DNA of 25,311 nt from a virus (taxonomy: Duplodnaviria > Caudoviricetes). Within the stretch, counting starts at the first letter, position 1. Each line of letters starts with the position of its first letter. The notes under the pieces are model-generated. The model was given only the letters and a program-made list of their open reading frames with translations. It was not told where the DNA came from and made no database searches. The stretch covers positions 1 through 25,311 of IMG/VR virus record IMGVR_UViG_3300006029_000081, one strand, 5' to 3'. This document shows positions 24,144 to 25,311 of the stretch, piece by piece. A program made the position numbers and the translations under genes.

Positions 24144-25310
24144 CTATCGGGCGTTTGAGTTTTTAAAAGGGTTTTCGGCAAATGCCATGTACATGTATGT
24201 ACCACCTGAAGCATTAAATGAACCATGACTAGACCTAACTTTAAAACCATTAGCTAATAAATCTATGCCATAAGTGCTTTCTAATTCAGAAGTATTTTCA
24301 GCAGAACTAGTATGAGCAAATAGTATATTACAAGTCCAATTATAAGGTGTTCTTGCAGAATCCATTGTTTTCCATTCGCCACCATCTGTACTATCTGTGC
24401 GTTTAAAAATAATAAAGGAAGGTCTAAACCCTGTGTATACAAATGGTCCATCAGTAGAGCCATTACCTGTATATTTATCAATTTTACTGTATCCTTCTAC
24501 TTCTGCAAAACAATAAGCTACCGCTGTTGTTGTACCTCCCATATCAGTAGTAAATACATCTGCTGTTGGGAGTGCTTTTGGTAAAGATGCAGCAGCGTTA
24601 GTATTATTTAATTTTAAATAATCTAAACCACCATCTATAGCTGTTGTTTGTGTATACCAATCTCCTGAAGTGCTACGAAGTTTAGTAATAATTAATTTAG
24701 GAGCAACACCCAAACCATGTCCTACTGTATCATCTCCACTAGACTCATTTGTCCAAGTAGCAATACTAAACCCTGCTGTTGGATTTGCAGATACTGTAGA
24801 TGTTATAGTTCCATTTGTGTTAGATGCTGCTGTTGAGTCTGAACCTTTCCAGTTCCACCCTACAAAAGTATGTCCACTTGTATTTACATGAGCATAATAT
24901 GGAGGACTAACAGAAAAACCATTAGAGTCAAAAGACTCAAAATCAAAGTTTGCTTGGTCAAATGCTTGTTCTGCTCCAGTATTATTTGATGAAATACCTT
25001 TTCTTGCTCCGTTTACAGAGTTCATTAACCAATGGTTTACTGCGTTACTTCTGGATTTAATCCAAGTAAAATCAGGTTGAAATTCTAAACCTGTAATTGC
25101 TCTATCTACTGCACCATTACCAGACCAAGTTAAAATATCAAAATGCTCACTACCATCTTCAATAGTAGAATCAGGTAAGTTATATGCATTTATCTTTTTA
25201 AAGCCTGTAGGAGGTGTGTAGGTAAATGGTTGTTGACCAAAGTTTACTGTCCATGTACCACCTGCTACATAAAGAAACGGAAACATTTTAGTGCCATCTG
25301 TTAAATCATA
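24144..25310 (-). CDS. Tail fibre/receptor-binding protein, C-terminal part; truncated by window edge
   Basis: Frame stays open upstream of 25286; NFGQ.PF...PPTGF, FQPDF.WIKSR, VGWNW, GFRPSFII, YMYMAFAENPF. Confidence 0.75.
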   Translation of the reverse strand, partial: YDLTDGTKMFPFLYVAGGTWTVNFGQQPFTYTPPTGFKKINAYNLPDSTIEDGSEHFDILTWSGNGAVDRAITGLEFQPDFTWIKSRSNAVNHWLMNSVNGARKGISSNNTGAEQAFDQANFDFESFDSNGFSVSPPYYAHVNTSGHTFVGWNWKGSDSTAASNTNGTITSTVSANPTAGFSIATWTNESSGDDTVGHGLGVAPKLIITKLRSTSGDWYTQTTAIDGGLDYLKLNNTNAAASLPKALPTADVFTTDMGGTTTAVAYCFAEVEGYSKIDKYTGNGSTDGPFVYTGFRPSFIIFKRTDSTDGGEWKTMDSARTPYNWTCNILFAHTSSAENTSELESTYGIDLLANGFKVRSSHGSFNASGGTYMYMAFAENPFKNSNAR

Positions 25311-25311
25311 T

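Noticed and set aside
22384-24891. ORFs 22384, 23255, 23719, 24281, 24670
   Set aside because: Shadows of lysis and tail genes
24144-25311. BPP-1-type diversity-generating retroelement at the fibre gene
   Set aside because: No reverse transcriptase and no template/variable repeat pair seen in the window

Overview
Part of a low-GC podovirus genome with a BPP-1/HTVC010P-like, T7-fold virion module; no host DNA is visible. A long minus-strand operon starts near 14.9 kb (RHH regulator, RusA, SSB-like, TerS, DUF3310, TerL, GNAT, small virion proteins, SLT, portal, scaffold, capsid, tail tubes A/B, internal proteins) and runs off the left edge. A minus-strand tail-fibre/lysis block enters from the right edge, implying a circularly permuted assembly. 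A plus-strand early operon (16.2-20.9 kb) has small leading genes, a Cys-rich enzyme, a serine recombinase, a YqaJ exonuclease and an ERF annealase. Best unannotated signals: (1) a ~240-nt structured RNA with its own promoter and terminator (14995-15232) beside a probable genome-end motif; (2) a complete -1 frameshift cassette that would add 87 aa to ERF; (3) about 2.6 kb free of CCAG/CTGG starting at the putative terminus; (4) a structured capsid-gene leader. All family calls come from motif recognition by eye, not database searches.
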